From: an uncultured virus (IMG/VR IMGVR_UViG_3300002835_000131)
Lineage: Duplodnaviria; Heunggongvirae; Uroviricota; Caudoviricetes
Reading direction: 5' to 3' (one strand)
DNA: 64,000 nt
IMG/VR virus record: IMGVR_UViG_3300002835_000131
Location: 1 to 64,000 of that record
This document shows positions 59,668 through 64,000 of the stretch, piece by piece. The notes beneath the pieces are model-generated. The model saw only the letters and a list, made by a program, of their open reading frames with translations. It ran no database searches and was not told the origin of the DNA. Made by a program: the position numbers and the translations under genes. Position 1 is the first letter of the stretch, and every line of letters begins with the position of its first letter.

Positions 59668-61005
59668 ATGAAAACATTACAAGAACAATACATCCTTATT
59701 AAAGAAGGAAAAGGAAACAAAGATCATTTCTTAAAACAAGCAAGAATTTTATTTCCAAATTATATTAATCAATATTCTGATTATAATACAACTATAAGTG
59801 TACTTAAATCAAAAAGTATTTTAAGTGAAGGTATTGGTGGTGTAATTAGTCACAAACCATCATCATCTTGGTTAGAAATTTTTAGAGAAAATACAAGTAA
59901 TGAGGCAGTAGATATGACTTCAGCTTCTGATGGTCCCTTTGGGCAGGCTGTAGGTATGATAAAGCGTAATGGAGGTGCTAAATTATTAAATGATAAAAAC
60001 ATCACTAGAGCTATTGATTTATTTAATGCTCTTAAATCAGGAGAACTTAAAAAAGAAGATCTTGATATGATTATAATGGCTGATGGAAAGAAATTCACTG
60101 AAACTGAAATATTTACACAAGATATAAAACCTCTTTTAAATACAAATGAAGGTGATGTATTAGGTACTTCACATAGTGATTTATCATTTGGCTCTAAAGT
60201 TAAAGTTGGTGATAAAGCTATGATTGGTGATGATAAAGTAGAAATTACTTTAGTAGATAAAGTAGATGGCAAAATTAAACAAATTAAAGGCAAGACAGAA
60301 GATGGTAGAGAGTTATTTGTAACTAAACCAATGTTGTTAAGACCAGTTAAAGAAGAAACATTATCAGAAGTCATTGGTGTTCCAAATAGAAAACTATATG
60401 GTGATTATGATGAGTTTAAAAAACCATCTAAACAAGTTAAAAAAGATTTAGCTGATCAATATAATACTGAAGATAAGAAAAATATTGATAATGTTTATGG
60501 TACATCTTTCTTAAATGGCTACTATGCTGAAATGAAAGATCCTAAAAACAAAACTAAAACAGTTGATGAGTTAAAACAAATTGTACTTAAAAACATGGTT
60601 AAAGACATAAACTATTATGCTAAAAATGCTATGTTTGGAACTAAAGGAGTAGGATTTAAAACTGAAAAATTAACAATTGCACCTAAAGGTAAATATAAGT
60701 CAAGCGGATATGGTGATTTACCTAAAGCTAAAACTATTAAAGAAGGTATTCATGACCGAGATATATTATCAAGACCTTCTTCAAACCCAGATGTAACACC
60801 ATTAAAGCGATCACCTGAAGAGTTAGGTAAAGAGGCAGATAATAGATCTGAAAACATGTTGTTAATGAAATACCAAAAGCAAATTAATGATCGTAATATA
60901 ACAGATGATGAATTAAGAGATATATTAAGTGGTCAAGGTGTTAAGGGATTTGGAGGAAGAAAAAATGCAATTGAAAAAATTATAAGTAATAGAAATACAA
61001 ATTAA
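59668..61005 (+). CDS. modular probable head-internal protein
   Basis: LQE, IKE, LSE, VKE junctions; shares a module with 58592-59428. Confidence 0.7.
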   Translation: MKTLQEQYILIKEGKGNKDHFLKQARILFPNYINQYSDYNTTISVLKSKSILSEGIGGVISHKPSSSWLEIFRENTSNEAVDMTSASDGPFGQAVGMIKRNGGAKLLNDKNITRAIDLFNALKSGELKKEDLDMIIMADGKKFTETEIFTQDIKPLLNTNEGDVLGTSHSDLSFGSKVKVGDKAMIGDDKVEITLVDKVDGKIKQIKGKTEDGRELFVTKPMLLRPVKEETLSEVIGVPNRKLYGDYDEFKKPSKQVKKDLADQYNTEDKKNIDNVYGTSFLNGYYAEMKDPKNKTKTVDELKQIVLKNMVKDINYYAKNAMFGTKGVGFKTEKLTIAPKGKYKSSGYGDLPKAKTIKEGIHDRDILSRPSSNPDVTPLKRSPEELGKEADNRSENMLLMKYQKQINDRNITDDELRDILSGQGVKGFGGRKNAIEKIISNRNTN

Positions 61006-61011
61006 CGTAAT

Positions 61012-61617
61012 ATGAGACAAGTATTAATTGAAACACAATTATTTTCTCCTAAAGCTGTTAGGTTAACTGAAGGAACTAATCCTGGAGGTAACATATTAGT
61101 AGAAGGTGTGTTAGCTACTGTCGAAGTAAAAAACGGTAATGGTAGATATTACGCTAAAGAATTATGGGAACGTGAAATGGATCGCTACATGGAATCAGTT
61201 CGAGAAAACAGAGCATTAGGTGAATTAGACCACCCAGATTCTTCAATTATTAACTTAAAAAATGTTTCACATAATATTAAAAAATGCTGGTGGAATGGAG
61301 ATAATGTAATGGGTTTAATTGAAATTTTACCTACTCCATCTGGTAACATCTTAAAAGCATTAATTGAAAGTGGTATTACAGTAGGTGTATCATCAAGAGG
61401 AATGGGTTCGTTAGAACAAAAAGGTAATGTAATGGAAGTACAAGATGACTTTGAATTACTATGTTGGGATTTTGTTTCAACACCTTCTAATCCTGGTTCA
61501 TGGATGCAACCAACCAACTTAAACGAATCATATACTCCAGGTACAAATCAATACGGTAAAATTAATTCAATTATTACTGATATTCTATGTGCTAATGGAT
61601 CATGTCCGTTATTCTAA
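61012..61617 (+). CDS. prohead core protease (gp21-like)
   Basis: NGNGRYY, ALGELDHP, VSH, GVSSRGMGS, DFVSTPS. Confidence 0.95.
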   Translation: MRQVLIETQLFSPKAVRLTEGTNPGGNILVEGVLATVEVKNGNGRYYAKELWEREMDRYMESVRENRALGELDHPDSSIINLKNVSHNIKKCWWNGDNVMGLIEILPTPSGNILKALIESGITVGVSSRGMGSLEQKGNVMEVQDDFELLCWDFVSTPSNPGSWMQPTNLNESYTPGTNQYGKINSIITDILCANGSCPLF

Positions 61618-61618
61618 C

Positions 61619-62212
61619 ATGAAAAATTTATTTCTAGTAATATTAGTTTGCCTATCAACAGTAGTTTTTGGACAAACTAAATTAAGAGATAGTGTTAACT
61701 ATCAAACTCCTAACTTTCGTATTGTATATTCTGAAATTTTAGAACAACCTAAATGGGTTACTTATACTGTTAAATGTCCTACAGGTACCGCTTCTAGAGC
61801 AGGTATGGAATTCTACACAGACAAAAACATTAAAACATCTGATAACGAAGATTATGTTAATAATGAGTGGGACAAAGGACATATTGCTCCTGCTGCTTCA
61901 TTTAACTGTACTAAAGAAATGTTATACTCAACATTTACCTATATTAATTCAGCAATGCAACAACAATCACTTAATCGTGGTCCTTGGAAAGCATTAGAAA
62001 TATGGGAACGTGAACAAGCAAAAACAACTACTGTATCAGTATATGTTAGATTAGATTACGATAAAGTACCTAAACGTGTACCTACAAACGCGGCAATACC
62101 TAAAGGATTCTATAAAGAATTAAAAGTAGGTAACACTAAGTATTGTTATTATTTTCTTAACATTGCCCCTACATCAAAAGACTTAAACACGTTTAAGTGT
62201 AATTGTAAATAA
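61619..62212 (+). CDS. DNA/RNA non-specific endonuclease (His-Me finger, NucA-like) with signal peptide
   Basis: MKNLFLVILVCLSTVVFG signal; WDKGHIAPAA, TF.Y.N..Q..LNRG.W..LE. Confidence 0.85.
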   Translation: MKNLFLVILVCLSTVVFGQTKLRDSVNYQTPNFRIVYSEILEQPKWVTYTVKCPTGTASRAGMEFYTDKNIKTSDNEDYVNNEWDKGHIAPAASFNCTKEMLYSTFTYINSAMQQQSLNRGPWKALEIWEREQAKTTTVSVYVRLDYDKVPKRVPTNAAIPKGFYKELKVGNTKYCYYFLNIAPTSKDLNTFKCNCK

Positions 62213-62218
62213 AACATG

Positions 62219-62246
62219 GCTCTTCCAAAAGAAGAGCTTTCTCTTT
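62219..62246 (+). terminator. intrinsic terminator
   Basis: GCTCTTC-caaaa-GAAGAGC followed by TTTCTCTTT. Confidence 0.7.
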
Positions 62247-62383
62247 ACACTTCTGTGTGTTTTAGATAATCTGGACATATGTATATTAGAATATACTGCC
62301 CGCAATCGCATTTGCAGTATCTATAAATAACAATTCTATTACACTTTAAATAAGTGTATTTCCCAAACAAAATTTTAGGACAA

Positions 62384-63442
62384 ATGAGTAAAAACAGAGA
62401 TTTGCTTAAAGAAGCAATCGAAGACGCTAAAGTTGTTAAAGAAACAGCAATAGCAAGCGCAAAAGCAGCACTTGAAGAACACTTTACTCCACAATTAAAA
62501 TCTATGCTATCAGCTAAACTTGCAGAAATGGAAGAAATGGATGTTGAAGAAGCAGAGATGGATGATATGGAAGAAATGTATTCTAAAAAAGAAGAAAACT
62601 TAATGGGCTACAAAGAAGTTAAAGAAGAAGAAGATCTAATCAACAACCCAAAAGGTCCAACAGCACATGGTAATGTAGCTGAAGAAGAATTAGATGAACT
62701 TAATCTTGACGAATTATTAGCTGAATTAGAAGCAGACATGAAAGACGAAAACATGCATGCTGAAGACGACGAAATGAAAAAAGAAGAATTAAACGAAGCA
62801 GAAGGTGAAGAAGAAGTTGAAACTGAAGAAGAAATCAACATTGAAGACATGACTGAAGAAGAGTTAAAATCATTCATTGAAGACGTAATTAAAGACATGG
62901 TTGAATCTGGCGAATTAGAAGCTGGTGAAGGCATGGAAGGTGAAGAAGGCGAAGAAATGGAAAGTGAAGAAGAAGAAGTTTCAATTGATGAAATTTTAGC
63001 TGAAATCGCATTAGACGAAGCTAAGAAAAAAGGTGACAAAGAAGACAAGAAAGACAAAGAAGAAATGACTAAACTTAAAAAAGAGTTAGAAGAAGCTATG
63101 TCAACTATTGCTACTATGAGAACTGACATCAATGAAGTTAATTTGTTAAATGCGAAATTACTTTACACTAACAAAATTTTCAAAGCTAAAAACTTAACCG
63201 AGTCACAAAAAGTAAAGGTTTTAAATGCATTTGATAAAGCATCAACAGTAAAAGAAACTAAATTAGTATTCGAAACATTATCAGAAGGTTTAAAAGAAAC
63301 TTCTAAATCACATGTTAATGAATCATTGAAAACTAGTTTAGCATCTAAAACAACAGGTATCATGCCATCGGCAAGAAAACCTATTGTAGAAGTTAATGAC
63401 ACATTCAAAAGAATGCAAAAAATAGCAGGAATTATTAAATAA
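62384..63442 (+). CDS. prohead core scaffolding protein (gp22-like)
   Basis: Acidic coiled coil between protease and capsid genes; NLLNAKLLY; ends RMQKIAGIIK; start moved to ATG at 62384. Confidence 0.85.
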   Translation: MSKNRDLLKEAIEDAKVVKETAIASAKAALEEHFTPQLKSMLSAKLAEMEEMDVEEAEMDDMEEMYSKKEENLMGYKEVKEEEDLINNPKGPTAHGNVAEEELDELNLDELLAELEADMKDENMHAEDDEMKKEELNEAEGEEEVETEEEINIEDMTEEELKSFIEDVIKDMVESGELEAGEGMEGEEGEEMESEEEEVSIDEILAEIALDEAKKKGDKEDKKDKEEMTKLKKELEEAMSTIATMRTDINEVNLLNAKLLYTNKIFKAKNLTESQKVKVLNAFDKASTVKETKLVFETLSEGLKETSKSHVNESLKTSLASKTTGIMPSARKPIVEVNDTFKRMQKIAGIIK

Positions 63443-63470
63443 AACAATTTAAAAAAAAATTTTAAAAAAA

Positions 63471-64000
63471 ATGAGCACAATTCAATCATTATTAGAATCA
63501 GCTAGTCCTTGGAAATCACTCCAAAGCGATGCAGCTAAATTGTCTTCTAAATGGAACAAAACGGGTCTATTAGAAGGCTTAACAAATGTAGAGGCAAACA
63601 ACATGTCTTTATTATTAGAAAACCAAGCTAAGCAATTAGTTATGGAACAATCAGATACAGGTGGAGGTTCATCAGCAGGTTCATTCTCTGTTGGTCAATC
63701 AGAAAACTGGGCTGGTATTGCTTTACCTTTAGTACGTAAAGTATTTGCTCAAATTGCAGCAAAAGAATTTGTTTCAGTTCAACCAATGTCAATGCCTTCA
63801 GGTCTTGTGTTCTTCTTAGACTTCCAATACGGAACAGCTAAAGATCCATTTGCAGTAGGTAGTTCATTGTATGGTAACAGAAATGCAACAGGTGAATTCC
63901 CGTTTGCAACTCCAGCACCATCAGGTGGTTTATACGGAACAGGTCGTTTCACTTACTCTACCAACCAATTCTCATCATCGGCAATCACAATTGCAACTGG
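63471..64000 (+). CDS. major capsid protein (gp23-like), truncated by window end
   Basis: Not in track; KW..TGLLEGL..LLENQ..ALPLVRKVF..FVSVQPMSMPSGLVFFLDF. Confidence 0.93.
   Translation, partial: MSTIQSLLESASPWKSLQSDAAKLSSKWNKTGLLEGLTNVEANNMSLLLENQAKQLVMEQSDTGGGSSAGSFSVGQSENWAGIALPLVRKVFAQIAAKEFVSVQPMSMPSGLVFFLDFQYGTAKDPFAVGSSLYGNRNATGEFPFATPAPSGGLYGTGRFTYSTNQFSSSAITIAT

Overview
64 kb of a large, AT-rich T4-like tailed phage genome; essentially all genes lie on the + strand. A Bacteroidetes host is inferred from TTTG-N20-TAnnTTT promoters, A-rich leaders without Shine-Dalgarno motifs, and lipoproteins carrying D-(S/T)-x motifs. Layout: (1) 1-8.0 kb early region of about 16 promoter+small-gene cassettes, with a RadA-like ATPase, a DUF932-like gene and a T5orf172-type gene; (2) 8.2-9.3 kb tRNA cluster (Thr, Met, Ser, Gln, Glu), an aberrant tRNA-like RNA and a pseudoknot candidate; (3) lysis genes, an HD hydrolase and a gp55-like late sigma factor; (4) 14-29 kb baseplate/tail genes; (5) primase and exonuclease; (6) 31.5-49 kb block of probable head-internal proteins; (7) FAD oxidoreductase, LpxH-like hydrolase, IscA, kinase; (8) terminase, portal, prohead protease, scaffold and the start of the major capsid gene. 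Most striking observations: early genes written almost in three letters (C-free, plus one G-free gene); and a probable capsid cargo-loading system in which scaffold-like peptides (RMQKxAGI, ELKxxIxE, LIxLLxE) tag many unrelated proteins, several of which look like polyproteins of enzyme modules separated by [LIVM]-x-E prohead-protease sites. All calls are from motif recognition and hand counting; no database searches were run.
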